DNA of 64,000 nt from NCBI RefSeq assembly GCF_025526975.1, contig NW_026515674.1:744001-808000 (forward strand), read 5' to 3'. The notes beneath the pieces are model-generated. The model was not told the origin of the DNA. It saw nothing but the letters and a program-made list of their open reading frames with translations, and ran no database searches. The position numbers and the translations under genes are program-made. This stretch comes from Fimicolochytrium jonesii. Its lineage: Eukaryota. Below are positions 48,603 through 62,947 of this stretch, piece after piece. Within the stretch, counting starts at the first letter, position 1; the number at the start of each line of letters is the position of its first letter.

Positions 48603-50395
48603 TCATACAATGAGATGATCGAGCACCTCACTCAATTCCTCCGGATCATAGAAGCCCGGTGTGTGCGGTATCGACGTCGATACCATCGGCTTCTTGACTC
48701 TAACGCATCGGATGCCCAACGCCTCGATGCGGTCGACTTCGACAGGGATGGATCCGTCTTCTGGGTACAACATGTGCGTCATGAATGCTCCGGGCTGATA
48801 TGGGCTGCCCAGGTACGTGCGTCCCATGGTGCTCGTGAGGATGTCCATCTCGTCTGCTGGTGGGGTTGCGTGCCGGATGGGGTAAGCGGCATTCTCGTTT
48901 TGCGTGGGCGTCGAGCGGCGATCTGGTGGTGTCATCGATTGTGGTTCTAGGCTGTGGTGGTCATCCACCCACCATTCCAGACCCACGGGTTTTCCCTCCT
49001 TGTCTCGGTCGAAGGGATTGATGTAGCCCTGGATGTCCGGGACTGAGGTCCGACGTGCTCGGGAGCGGCGGTCGTCGACTATACATGAGTAGTTGAGCGC
49101 ATCTGTGATGGCGAAGATGAAGTCGAGAGCAGTGTAACAGCTTGTTTCTCGATCGTAGGAGCCGTTCAGCATCAGGATCTTGACGCGGGAGAGGTGACAT
49201 CGGATGGGATAGGGTGGTGCGAGTTGCCGTGGTCCCGGGTCTGCCAGCAGCCGTCCGACGCCCGGGACCACTAGACATGGTAATATCGACGTATATAAGG
49301 AACCGCAGCCGTACACTATCGTGCGTTTTCGCGAAAGCTGTGATGAGATGAGCGGATTCATGTCCGGGAATATCTCTTGATGTTCGCGATTCACGTAATA
49401 TATCCTTCGGATGGGCGAGCATAAGGTCTGACAGGACCCTTTGTTGAAGAACAGGTTTTGACTGCATGTTCGAGAGGGTGGCGAATGAGCCGAAAAATCG
49501 GATTCCGCAGGACTGGATGCTGATGAGTCATGTCCAGCATCACTGCAAGCATCGAGCGACTTTGTTTGGGAAAGCTCAATCGACCCTCCCGTATTGCCGG
49601 GATGAGAGATCTCGCATTGGCCAAAGATGGTGGTTCCATCTCGCAAGGCCGCCGCAATCATGACTGAGCCGCGGTTTGTTTCCAAAACGGGCACAACCTC
49701 GGTTCGTGGAGGTACTCGCATAATCCTCATGAACTGGAAAACAGCTGCGTCGAGGTTGTCAAAGAACAACCTCGAGCCCGTCAAGAAGAAGTTGCCGATG
49801 GACCCTCCCTCGAAGTTGAACGGCGGCCTACGCGTTGACGACTTGACAAGCTCGTGTTGAAAGTGCGCAAGAAAGGTTCGAATGGTTTCCCGATATGGAT
49901 GTGATATGCCATCCCAGAGGGGATGGCTGCCCTCTAGTATGTCGAGCCATTCTGCTTTCGCCGATGACCTTCTGTCGCTGGAAGGGTCATCGCAGGGTAA
50001 CCGATAGCTCAAAAGATCTCGCACTGCTTTTGACTGTAACGGGGTAGCACCAACACATGAGAATGAGGATGATCTAACAAAGGCCGGTAAGTCCCAATGG
50101 TACCTACCTCGAATGAGCTCGTCTCGGCCAACCGTACGACCCGTGATCGCAAATCCCCTATGCCAGGACCACCCAACACTTTGATGATCTCAGACGTAGA
50201 TCCTCCTATACATGTTGTGGAAAAGAATGCAAGTCAGTCTTTGATCCATCAGTATTCATGAATAATCACAGTCTTACCATCGTCGGAAACAGGCATAATG
50301 TACGACATATCATCCGTAAAGCCCTGCAGAACGCTGACAAAGGCGTTGACCGCAGAGCCCCCGGAAAATACCGCTATGGACCGCGGACTCGACAT
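48603..50395 (-). CDS. UPF0052/CofD/YvcK-like protein (yeast YNL011C-like), 3 exons
   Basis: VFSGGSA, PVSDDGGSTSEIIKVLGGPGIGDLRSR, SIGNFFLTG, GQCEISHP, VYGCGSLYTSILPCL, LNGSYDRET. Confidence 0.88.
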
Positions 50396-51890
50396 TGGCG
50401 ATACCGACGCACTCCAATGGCCGCGTGCGGAATGAGGGACGGACAAGAAACTTGGTGTTGGCGCTGACATGGTTACGACTACGAGAATTCTTCAAGGGTC
50501 GGGTTGAAAGGGAAGCACCGTACATATATGTTCTCGAGCCAGCAAAAGGGCCCCAGCCAGCAAGGTTTTCGCGACAGGCAATTGAGCCACTATGCTTGTG
50601 CCCGGACGGCCGACGCGTAGAAACGTCCTTCACTCAAGACGAAATGGGGACGGGTGAGTTCCCTTCTGGCGATCGGCCTCGCCCAGCAGAGGTCGTGGAT
50701 AAGTTTCGTGTATTCGGAGCCGCGGGGTTCCTCTATTGTAGATATGCAATGGGTTGTGCTTGAGTATCCTCACTTTTCCGGCAAAACGAGGCAGCGTGGT
50801 GCGAAGTGGGGTCGTTGTGGGGTCGTTGATGTTTTCGCAGCAAAGGAGTGTGGCCACTGGATAGACGGGTTTTTTGGGAAGTCTAAAACATGAGGGAAGA
50901 CGCACACTTTTCCCTCCTTTTTGCTGAGCGACTCTCTGCGTATCATACACCACGCCACGGGTATGGGAATGCGTGGAAAGATGATATGGGATTTCGCAGC
51001 CTCGCCTCGTCCGTCCTGCTGCGTATGTCATGGCGCTTTGCCCATTGTTTTCGCTGGTGTGTTTTGGGATCCCCGCTGGCGACCGGAGATCATAGTTTGA
51101 GCAATGAGAGATACCACGTCCGCTCCTTATTGTGGTTTGGGGACAAGGAGACCGCGCTTATCTTTGCTTAGATCGCATATCCTTGAACCCATCTCCTCGA
51201 CCTGACACGCGCTTAGGGTTCATACCAGACGATCGGCGCTGCGTCCCGCTATCCGGGGGTTTTGAGTATCGGCATTGGGGGTTCCGATACTTTCCGACGC
51301 TTCTGATGTCATGGTTAATACAGCGGACTGTACAAGTACTACGTATATTACTAATAGGGGCTTCTTCACCAACATCCTTCTTTCGTATGGAGATGCATCT
51401 GACGAGAAATCGACGCCGGATGGCCACAGAAGCAAGTGTGCGGTGCCAATGAAAACTCGGCCATTTCTCAGATATCGCTGGCCATTGCTTCAAATTCACC
51501 TGTGACAGCCCACATAATCGCTAGCGACCGTGACCCTGAATTTGAAGCCTGCCATGTGCAAGTGAGATATGTCTGGCCTTCTTAATGCCAACGGTCCCTT
51601 GATCGCCCCGATGCCTGGAACACAGCGATAAAAGTGACGATCCCTTCGCCGTAATCAAGTGTGGAGGCCGACCAATTCGCACCTTGTGTGGGGTGACGGT
51701 TAAAATTGATCTGTGGAGAAACGCAAGCGGGGGGAAGCCTGTCACTCCACCGCTGCGCCACAGCACGGCCAGCTTACGTTATGGCACGGCGCACCCAACC
51801 AGCCCAACACAACCCTCCAGACGAGCACAACCAAATCATCAAATCGTCGCAGCATCCGTCCCGAAGACCTTACTCTAACACTCGCTGAAC

Positions 51891-52535
51891 ATGACTCTCG
51901 GGGACGTCATCACGGGACTGGGCCGCGGGGCAACCCGTGGTGTCCTGTCCGCCAAGCAGGGAAACAAGAACTACTACAAGGGAACGGGGTCAGGGAGAAT
52001 GGGGCGGTGGACGGCGAGAGGTGGGTTTTGGAAAATACTGTGGAGCGAGCAGGGCTGGTGTGCCTATGTGGAGTGGGAAGTGCCAGCCTTATCATGCCGT
52101 TGAAGACCAGTCTTTGAACGGATGGGCGAGGGGATGCGTGCTCCTTCGGGTTGCTGACTATGAAACCTTTAAATTCAGGACGGTTCATTCTGGAACCATG
52201 GCGATTCAGGCAGTGGATGATACCAAAGGACCTCTCCGAATTTCAGGTTGGTGGGGAAACGGTCCCCGGAGTCGCAAAGAGTTCGGACTCTTTCGACTTC
52301 CTTTTCTGTTCAGAAAGACCGTAACGAATACTGACCGCAAACTCGGACTTTCCAGCTCCACCCATACATAGACCAAGAAACCCCCTCGTCCGTCAAACGA
52401 GGGCACTCTTTCCGCGACTACTTCAGACCCCACGCTCTCCCCGAAACATATGACAAAGTAGTCGTCGAGGAAAGCAGGAAATTGGCCAATTTGGCGTCCA
52501 AGAATATTGCGCGAGCCATGTTGAGGAAGAAGTGA
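51891..52535 (+). CDS. MRPL27: Mitochondrial ribosomal protein mL41 (yeast Mrpl27-like), 3 exons
   Basis: RGATRGVLSAKQGNKNYYKGTGSGRMG, GRFIL, LHPYI. GT-AG introns 52021-52178 and 52248-52355; stop TGA at 52533-52535. Confidence 0.88.
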
Positions 52536-53172
52536 AAAGATGCCGACTGCCGAGAGAATGTCATGGCCACCCGTTTCCGACACTCATACCTTCTTGGGCG
52601 TACGAGAGCCTGGACGCCGTGTGGCGCAGTCAGACCGGTTTTGATTCTGTTGATACCACCACCATTCGAATTTATTTATGAGCCGATTTTCACCCCCATC
52701 AACAAAGTCGTAAAGGAAAAAGTTTCGGTCAGCGGTAGATGACGGGATTTCGGTGGGATCGTCTGAATGAGTGGGCGGCGGCCTTGGAGAATGGCATTCG
52801 CAGCGTACCGGAGGGCTCGATATGAGATAGAGAAGACGGGACCGGGATCGACGTACGTTATTGTAGAGGAAGGAAATACGGGGCTGCCGTTTCATTCGGC
52901 TATTTCGACGCTTTTCCCATCAACAACTGCGGAACGGTGTACAACGAAATATCTCCGTAGACTCGCATTTATATAAGATGGAGAAACTCAACGAGAACCA
53001 CAGGGGAAGGGAAGTGATGTAGATGATGCAGCAATATAGATGTAAACACAAGGGAAAACAAAAAGATGGCCTCTCCTAAATGCTATATGGGCATTGAACG
53101 GAGGGGGACAACGCCCACGCCAAAGATTACAAAGCCAGAGTAACTCGGGATGCAAATCCCCCCAGCTCATAA

Positions 53173-56100
53173 TCACACTTGGTGCAGGTTCCCATGCTCC
53201 GGCACAGTATTCCTGGCCCTCTTATGAGTCTTCTCGAGCGCAATAAACTTCTCCAACAGCGTCAACACCTCCTGCGGACCCGGCATAAACCATTTCGCCG
53301 CGCTGCCCTTCTTGCCGACTGTGGCGGTGACGATACATCGCTTGCTGCGCGTCGAGGCCGGGTTGGACGGGATGAACTGCTGTGAACACGAGGGCTGGGA
53401 TTGGGCCGTGGCGCCGGGGACTGTGGCGGGCATGTGCAGGTTGAAGTCGGCGGGGAGACTCGCGGGGAAATGTGCGTTGTGGTCCCCGCGCATGGGGATA
53501 GCGCCGGGGGATGACGGGGAGTCTTGTGGGATCTCGGGAGGGCTGGTGAGGGGTGTTGCCGGGTCGTCGGTGACGGAGCCAGGGGAAATGACGGCCGTCG
53601 GATTGGCCGATGTCGTGGGAGGGGAGAACATCATGCTGCGGAGCTCCTCGAAGGGTGTGGAGGGGTCGCTGCGGCACCGGTCTTTGCTGTTGGAATGCAG
53701 CTCCAGTCGGCGGAGGTACTCAAACATGTACTCGTCGGCCCGGTCGTCGCCGACGCACATGATGAAATCCACGCGTTCTCGCGTTGGAAGCATCGCGAGC
53801 TCCTCTGCTTCCAGTGCCTCGAGCTCGGCGATGTACTCTTCGGTGTTTTCGACTCCTTGCCCGTTGCTTGTCGTAGACCCACCCGAGATGTTCCGGTCCC
53901 GTGCCGCCCTCCCCGTCACCGACCCGACGGACTTCATCCGTCTTGATTGAGGCCCTCGCCCTTGATGGTGTTCCAGGACTCGGCGGATGACCGTCCCTTT
54001 ATTCACGTTGCGGGGCATCACCTCCAGACTCCTCTTCTTCGAGAGCACGTGGATGGCAAAGGACTTCGTCAGCGCCTGTTCTAGGTGATTTTGACACTCG
54101 GCGGCCTGCCAGGAGCCGAAACTCATGTCGGCGTGTCCGTAATGCCACACCATGCCAATCTCTTTTTGCTCAATGTACGATCCTGGCGTACGGCTGTGGC
54201 AAGGAATTGCAAATGTCAGATATGACCCTTGTGGAGAAAATGAAAACCCGGCCACCTCATACTCACTCAGTGTAGTATTCGAAAATCTCCTGCACCTGCT
54301 TCCGCCAGCTCAAATCCTGATCCGGCAGCATCGTTTCCCACGTGTTCCGATTTGCGTACTTCAAGAAACAACCATTCTCGGCGCTAAAAAATCCCTTTCT
54401 TAGTTTGAAAGTTCCTAGCGCTTCCCTTGACAAATCCACGAATCTCACCATAGCCCCACGTTCGGAATCCCATTGAAATCCTCCATCTCCGACTTGCACC
54501 GCCCGCTCATAATGTACACCATGTTCCGACGATCGCTCGCAAGCTTCTGGACGAGCGCAGTGACATGCTCGGTGGGTATCCGGCTGGACAGCAGCGTTGA
54601 TGATGAGTGTTTGTTGAAGTTCATGATGGTTCCGTCCTGGTCCAACAGCTGGAGACGGACGATTGTGAGTATAAACCACAGATTGGCGATGACGGATCTC
54701 GGATGAGGGGGTTACTTACGAAGACGCGCTTGCGGGAATGTGCATACTCTGTCAGCACAAGGTTCTCGGGGAGAGGCGGTATACTGGTCGACACGGTCCG
54801 CGCCACTTCCTCGTGTGCCTTGATGAGCTCCGATGTGAACGATTCGACAAATGTTTGGGCTAAAGCGGACGATATCCTGATGAGCGGTCGAACATTGGGG
54901 ACCCAAATTCGCTAATGATGAGATCTTACCGGTGTTGCCGACAACATGGGTATATAGCTCCTTCCACCGCCATGCTTTTTCCTCCTCGCTCATGACCAAT
55001 GCATCGTGCATGGCTTCAGCGACTTCGCGGATATCCCATGGGTTGACCTGTAATCAAAACGTCAGCTAAATGCAATGGATTTGGGGCTTCGCTCCCGATT
55101 TGAGACTTACTCGTAATGCAGAGCCGAAACTTCCATATGTTCCCGCAAACTGTACCGAGATTGGTTAGCTTCATACTCACTGGCAGAGACAGTTGCGCAT
55201 TCTATAAGACATACTTCGCTGATGATTAGCGGGCCGTGATTCTCTTCCTGACACACAACTAAAAAAGTCGCCCTGTTAGTCTCCGCCTCGAAGCAATGGA
55301 TAAAATCATGATTGACGAACGCACCAAATTCATGGGATGTAAGGTTCATCCCATCCCGTAACGAAGTGATCACACAGGCATCTGCTATCTGTCGGGCGAT
55401 GATCCATTGATATCTGTGCTTGATGTTTCAATTTGGTTGGATAACTTACCGTCCAAAGAGCCAGGTAGTGGCTGAACGAGATGTCCTGCTGGAGGTACAC
55501 AACAGGGTGATACTCAATGCTTCCGTAGCGAGAGTTGACTCGCGCAACAACGTCCGATACGCGACACTCGTTCTCATTTGCTTCCGTTGTTGATAGGGCG
55601 ACTTGGAGCAGAACAACCTGGAAAGCGGACGTATCAAAAGGGCTCGTGAATTGAAGTGTATCGTGGGCATCGACGAGGTTTACCCACCTTCCCAACCCAT
55701 TCAGGATAGTCTTGCAGGAACCGTTCGAAAGCTAGCAGCTTCTGTCGGACCCCCTTCACGTAGTCGTTCTTATCGCGTCCAAGGAGTACCTTCATCCCTG
55801 CGTACCGTTCCTTCAGCGATGCGATGATCTCTGCCACCTCGGGATTTCGCCTGGGAGTCCAATCGTCAGCGAATGATCTTCGGCGTTAGAAGACCCACCG
55901 TGTATTGCAACCAACCTCTTCTCGTTCAGTGCAGCCAGATCAATTCCAATTGGAATAGGCATGACGGAGACTGTTCGATCATCCAGCTGCACGCCCCTTG
56001 GCGTCGATTCCAGGCGGAGTAGACGTGTGCATGTCATCAGGAAGTGTCGCATGAACGGATAGGTCTGGAAACCAATCATATCTGCGCCCAGCATTCCCTC

Positions 56101-57204
56101 GAGGATCTGCTTTCGCACTGTTGAATACAGAGTGTGAGCGAACTTGATGCAGATTGTAGGCGATACCGCACGCTCTCACCGTGAAAGCATCGGAAGATCT
56201 CGGAACTCGGAAAAGGGATGTGGAGGAAGAAGGCGATGATGGCATTGGGAAGTTGTTTCCGAAGAATACTAGGCACGAGCATAAGATGGTAGTCGTTGAT
56301 CCATACTGGTGGGCAAAGGACAGGATGTCAGATGAACGTGCCAAGCACGAGATTGGCACCAGCGTTCCTTTACCTATGTCTCCAGGTCGATATGACTCGA
56401 CGATTGCTTGGGCGAACTTCTCATTTACGGCCACATACAACTCCCAGGCTTTCTTCTCGTAGGCGGGGCCCTTTGGATAGTCTGGCAGCTGGTAATGGAA
56501 TGGTTTCCAAAGCACCTACTCAGATAAGGGACGATCCTGTAAGCTCTATGGTCATGAGAAGTACCGGATCAGGCCGAACAATACCTGTTTGCAAAACTGA
56601 TTGTAGTGGCCCTCGACTTCCTCATCCGTAAGGTAAACCGGAACGCAATGCTTTTCGTTCTTCATATTATCGCGTACATGCGCTAGAGTGTCAGAAGACC
56701 AAGCGTCGGTTGATACTCCCAGTGATCCGACCCAGATGGGATTGATCTTGCCCTTCATCGAGTTGAGCGCGTTCTGCAGACCGATGTTTCCAAGGCCAGA
56801 GGGCTCGACATGCCACCACGTAGGATCTGGACGAAGCCCCCGGGATTCCGAAGCTTTTCTTTGGCGTTTGAACTCTACGGCGCCCACACTGCGTCGCCTT
56901 TCCAGTTGCGCTGCGGGTGCCGGTGGAACCGGCACACTGGAGACCGTGTAAGGCAAGAACAGGGACGCCACGATCGTCCGAGGACCATCTATATTACCGC
57001 CCATTCTGCGCTGTAAGCCACCTTGCGGTGACAGCAAGTCAGGGTCCTCTGCTTCGCTGGGATCTTCGTCCTCCTCGTCCTCAGTCTCATCTTCCACTGG
57101 AAAGGTTATGAGTCAGTTAGAGCCCGAGGAGTTTGCTATCATTGAAAAGCAAAGGGGAAGGACCTACTGAAGAATAGAGAGATGGGCTCTGCGGTAGCAG
57201 CCAT
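53173..57204 (-). CDS. Trehalose-6-phosphate synthase/phosphatase complex subunit (GT20 + HAD domains; Tps2/Tps3-like), many exons
   Basis: HYNQFCKQVLWKPFHY, WINDYHL, FFLHIPFPSSEIFR, GRDKNDYVKG (lacks the Tps1 DRLD), RDGMNLTSHEF; HAD motifs LLDQDGT, SGR, NKG, GDDRADEYMF. Confidence 0.92.
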
Positions 57205-58286
57205 TTTCTTTATTGTTAGCGGATGAGTTTGTCAATACAAGGATGTGAGGGCAATTGCGTCAAGAATGAAGCAGGCGACGACGAAAGCTGCTCCGGTGAC
57301 TTCTTCAAAGACACAAATCGATGGTTTCACAACAGGCCTCGGAGATAGAAGGTGAGCGTCCTTCTGAAGGTTCGAGTTGGGGGCGGTGAAATGGGTGGGG
57401 AATTTGAGGGGCCGTGCGTGAGTGAATTCTCTGATATGTGGTGGGTTTGCGAGAGCGAATGACAGCATAGCATGCCTGCCCTCCTTTGCCCGCGTTGCCC
57501 GCATGGCTGGCACGAGGATGAAATCGATCGATGAAATCTCGGAGCCGTGACAACATCTCACGCGTCGTCTCATTCCTCTCACCTCTCGGGAAACTGCTCC
57601 ATGGTCCATTTCATCGCCGTCTGCGAGGCATCAACACGTACGTAGTGAGATCGATGTAGTCGTGTCGCTTGGTACTTCCCTCCGCATTATAAGATCAAGA
57701 GCAGCAAACTCGCTCTTTCCAATAGACATCACAATCGTCTGAAGCGAGCATATGCTCACATCATTTCATTGCGCTAGTCTCAGCATATACAGTATATACG
57801 ATCGTAGAACTTCATGTCATGACTGGGGCTTCTTGAGGTGGCTCGAACATGGTCTGGCAGGGGGAAGGTGCATGAGGACTACTCCCTGATCCCAGGGTTA
57901 GCATTCGGTAGGCAGCTGCCAGTAACAGCTCGCTGCTCGTATGCTCGTGTCCAGCGAGAAGTTGAACCCAAGTTGACAATTGGAAACCATCCGCCCAAAA
58001 CGGGATTCGAAGATGCAAGGGGGTGTGAATCCTGTCCGAAGCCCCCTCCCCGTCAAAACCGCGTGCCTCAAATTTCGTTCATTGCTGTCTGCTTGTGCGC
58101 GTCTCAAACGTTGCGTTGCAATTCACGTCCTCCGTCCCTGGGCAATAATCGCTGTTGGGTCTCTCTCCCCGCTCCGAAACAGCTTACACCTTGCTCACCT
58201 GTCGCTGCTTGTGGCCGGCAGCAGAGACGTTCCAGAGAGGTTCCCGGCGACGATCCTTTTGCTTAGACTCCTTTCAAGAGTGCAAA

Positions 58287-61200
58287 ATGGTTTCGGTTGC
58301 CCAGCTGGTGGTGGTGCTCGAGAACTCGGGGATTATGAGCTTCCACTTCCGGGAGTTGTGTAGCTTATATATAGAGCCGCTCTTGCTGTGAGTTTCGTGC
58401 TTTCGACGTCACCTCGTAGTTATACTTGCTTGAACTCACCTTCGACGTGTAGCCGTTTCCAGGAAAGTGCTGAAGATCGCAATGCAGCCAACCCTTTGGG
58501 CCCAAGGGTAGGTAGAATCGAAAGGACATCTTCCACACCCGCTGTCAGCTAACGTCTTCTCACGCACCAGTCGGCTGTCCAGTTCGGATTGGTCGTCTAC
58601 GCCGACTCACCAACAGCGTCACCCATACCAACTCAGAAGATGTGCATCTCGAATGACCCCCGCGCTATAATCCGGGCTATATATAACGTGCGATATTCTC
58701 ACGGCGGCTTGTCAGGGAATGCGCTTACGGACGGGCTAGTGGGGGCGCTGGAGGTTTGGACCTGGATGTCGGAGTCCTACTACACTGAGTGCAATGTATT
58801 GACCCTTGGATTCCGCAGATGTTTTACGACATGACTCCGGAATATCGGGGTCAGGCAGCCACATTTCAACGACATTGTCTCCTCGTGGCGTCTACGCCCG
58901 CGAACGATAGACAATCATCGATGCCTGTGGAGCCGAAATACGATGATTTCCATCTGAATCAAGTCATAGAAGTGCTGAGATCGGTATGTCGGTATAAGCG
59001 CTTTCTATGACATCCGTTCATGATTCTAATTAAGGCGTCGGCTTCTCCATGATCACAGGAAAATGTTCGGTTTTCGTTGATAACGGGCCGGAAAGGCGTG
59101 CTTGAGACTCTACCCCCTAAGGTAAAACTGGTTATTATAGCTTACACCGCGTCATCATTGGGCTAACGTATATACCCCTAGATCAACGTCGACTCTGCGA
59201 CCCCCGTGTCCGAATTCAGCTACCCCAAGTACCAAAGGCAGCATACGGTTCTTCTGGCGGGGCTTCACATAAACGCTCCGAACGCTGCCGCCGAGCAAGC
59301 TCGCAAGCGCATAGCATCCATGGAATGGCAGCAAGGGCCAAGCTCCGCTTCCGGTAACGACAGCGACGCGATTGCGTTAGATAGCCCTTTGAAGCGACCG
59401 AAAATGGAGACATTTCCGGATCCGTCCAAGTTGGCATTAGCCACAAGCGATCTTAATGCGAGACCTGTCACGTCGACTAGTGACATCGTTGCGGCTCAAA
59501 GCGAGGACAATACAAACATTCCGAATACAACGGCGGAGGTGAAGGACACGGCACCTTCCCACAATGCTGCACCTTCATCTTCGGTCACCGCCAATGCTGG
59601 CAAAAGCTCAGAAGCAACGGGTGTACAGCCTAGCTCCATGAGGCCGGAGGCGAGAGTTTCGGAATTGTCGACGCTACAAGCCACTGCTGAGAAGGTTGAT
59701 GGCTCAGAACCCACGATTGTTCAGGATGTATCTCCTGTCGCAGCTGTTGTGGCCTCTTCAGGATCGACTCCTCCAGCTAGTAGCGGCGCTGTCGGACCTA
59801 TGACACGAGACCTGCCCATCGCATCAACAGCGCCAATCACTACCTCTACTCAAGGGATGCCGATATCGTCAGCACCGAATACGACGCTACCTCAGCAGTT
59901 GCCCAGATCGGCCGCAACATCAGTGCCTACCGTCGCGGGTGCCGTTTCCGCCGCACCACCTGGCATAGAAGTAGCACCTGCAAGCGGCGCGGCAATCCCA
60001 GTCCCCCCACAGAACCCGCCGAACCCAACTGCGGTCATTATAGCAAACTTACAACGCGCAGTCGGCCAACATCCCGCCTTACGTGCTCTCCCATTGCATC
60101 AGCAGAGAGCATGGATACAAGGGCAACTGATCCGACATCAGCAGGCTCAACAACAACAATTACTGCAGCAGCAACAACAGCAGGCAGCACAGCAGCAGCA
60201 GCCACAAATACAGACACAGACGCAAACCCCGCAATCAGTAGCGCAGCAGCAACAGCAGCAGCAGTGCGCCAATTCGCAACCAACGAACGACAGCACGAAT
60301 GGCCCACTGACCATCAACAGTGCGATAGGCTTGCAGCAGGCGGCTGCGAGTCCCCAGCCAAGTCTTCAACAGCAGCGCGGCGTGGCAATGACTTTACAAC
60401 AACAACAACTGGCGCAGCTACGCCGGGCGCAGCAGCAACAACTGGCTCAGCAGGTCGCCAGTCAAGCCGCCGCTCAGCAGATTATTGGATCGCAACCGCC
60501 GCAGGCTGTAATCACGCAGCAGGCGACTGCCCAACCGAACGGGCCCAATGCCGATCTGGTCCTTCGGCAACAGCAATTGCTAGCCCAGCGACAGCAACAA
60601 CAACAGCAGCAGCAGGCACAGGGTCAGCAGCTACAGCAACAACGACCGGTTGGCACTCCCCTTCAACGCCCTCCCACAGGGCAACTTCTCGCACAACAGC
60701 AGCAGATACAGCAGATTGGCGGGCAGCAGCGACCAGCAGGTGTGTTGACACCTCAGCAGCAGCAATTGCAGATTGTGCAGCAACGACAACTCGCCGCAGC
60801 GCAATTCGCACAAAGGCAGCAGCAACAAGCCGCCGCGCAAATCGGCCGCCCAGGTGGGCCTGCACAACCCGCTCTATCACAGGGTCAAGCCCAGCAAGTA
60901 CAACCGCAGCCAGGGAACGTTGTACAGCATCAGCCCTCAGTACGTCCGATGAACCTCTCGCAGCTCACGCCAATCCAACAGCAGCAGGTGCAGCGCCTTC
61001 TCAATATGCAAAGTACTGGGCAGCTATCGGCGCAGCAAGTGCAACAATGGATGCAGATGAACCTCATGCAAGGGCAAGTGCAGCAGCAAAGGCCACCGCA
61101 GAACCCGGCCAACCAGGCCTTTTTGATGGCGCAACAACCACAACATGCAGGCGTGCGTCCGGCCACCGCTATTCAGCATCGCCCGCAAGCGGTGCCACCC

Positions 61201-62915
61201 ACGACTACGCGGTTTGGAGTGCAGGCGCTACATCAGCTGCAGCAGCAGAATCAGGAGCACATTGCGCGCAATCAGGCTGCTTTGGGGCCCTCGCAGCAAT
61301 CGCGAAACTCCCCATCGGTGAACACCTCTGCTATTCCTGGGAGTCAAGTGGGGCAGATGCAGGGTATGGGTGGGCAATCGGCGGACCTGAATGCGCAGAA
61401 TCAAGCTGCTGTCCGCCAACAGATGTTGCAGGCGCAACAGACGGCTGCCATGGCAGCTGCTGCAGCAGGTGCTGCGCCCGGTCAAGGGCAAATCCAACAA
61501 CAGCAACAACAGCAGCAGCAACGATTTGCTCAAGCGAACATGCAGACGATGGACGGCAGGAACCCGCAAATGATGAATCAGGGCATCCAGCAACAAGGTC
61601 CGACTTCGTGGACTGGAAATGTGACCCTCAATGTTCCGCAACAAAGGTTGAGCTGCGTTGTCAACATTGGGCAAGCTAAGATTGCGAATGCACCTACTTT
61701 GCCGGAAGACACGTAAGTTTGATTGTCGCATTTCAGCAAGTTTTCCATTATTTCGTTTGTACTAATCAACATTCCCACACTTCGACATTGCAGGCGATTC
61801 GACTTGTGGCCGCAGGAACTCGTGATCCAGCATGTCTTTGACTGCCCGCAAGCGCTCGTCCCGAACCTACTCAAAGACCACATGCTACCCGTTGTAGCAC
61901 TGAAACTCCTGCCGAGTGGGACGATGCAAGATCAACAAACCCAACGTCGGATCTACGATGCCACTGCAACCTTCTTGCGTGCTCGTGATGCTTGCGGGAT
62001 CGTGCGGTTCGGCGGGCCGCAGGACCAGAAAGGGATATTGCTCTTTACGCGGGACGCGACGCAGAATCCGAACATGGCTGGCGGACAGACGACGACCCAT
62101 TTGTATGGCCTGATTTTCGTGAAAGTTCCGTTGAGCTCGCTGATCGAGTATATGAAGAAGATGAGTGTGCCGCAAGCTCCCGATGGTGGCCAGCAGCAGC
62201 AACAGCAGCTTTCTCAGCAATCGCAGCAGCCGCCACCATCGCAACAACAACAGCAGCAAATTAATAGCCAGATGGCGTTGCAAGCGATGGCTGGACAACA
62301 GCCACAGCAACAAGGGAACCATTTGCAAGCTCAACAACAGGCGGCCATGGCTCAGAGAATGCAACAGATGCAGCAACAGAAGAATCAGCAGCAACAGGCA
62401 CAACCGCAGCAAGCGCAAGCGCAACCTCAGCAACAACAGATGCTCATGCATCAGGCGCAAGCCCAACAGCGGCTTGCCCAACAACACGCCCAAACCTCTG
62501 CACAACAACTCGCACAATTCCAACAACTACCTCCGCACCAGCAGCAGCAGATAATGCAGCAGCAGCAGCAGCAGCAGCAGCGCGCAGCCATGGCCGCGGC
62601 AGCCGCAAACCAAGCCGGTGGCGGTGGACCCAACGTCCTAAGCGGCCCCGTTCGTCCCGGCGTCGCCAATCCGAACGGCACTCCCCAACAACAACAAATC
62701 CTTCTACAGCAACAGCAACAGCACCAAGCCAACGCCGTCGGCAACAATAACAACCCCGAGAACATCACGCAGAAGATCACGGCGATGCCCGTCGGTCAGT
62801 TTATGCAGATCCTGAAGAGCATGGCGGTACCGCAACTCCAGAACCTGGGTCGGATGGCGGGGCTACCGGAAACCCATCGCGCCGCGATTATGGCGGTTAT
62901 GGCCGGTCGGATGGG

Positions 62916-62947
<32 letters not shown>

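Noticed and set aside
50630..51880. 1.3-kb intergenic region as a possible snRNA or small-gene locus
   Set aside because: No recognisable snRNA, snoRNA or coding signature by eye; an Rfam scan would be needed.
60111..61679. 522-aa A/T-rich ORF overlapping MED25
   Set aside because: Shifted-frame read of CAG/CAA polyQ codons.
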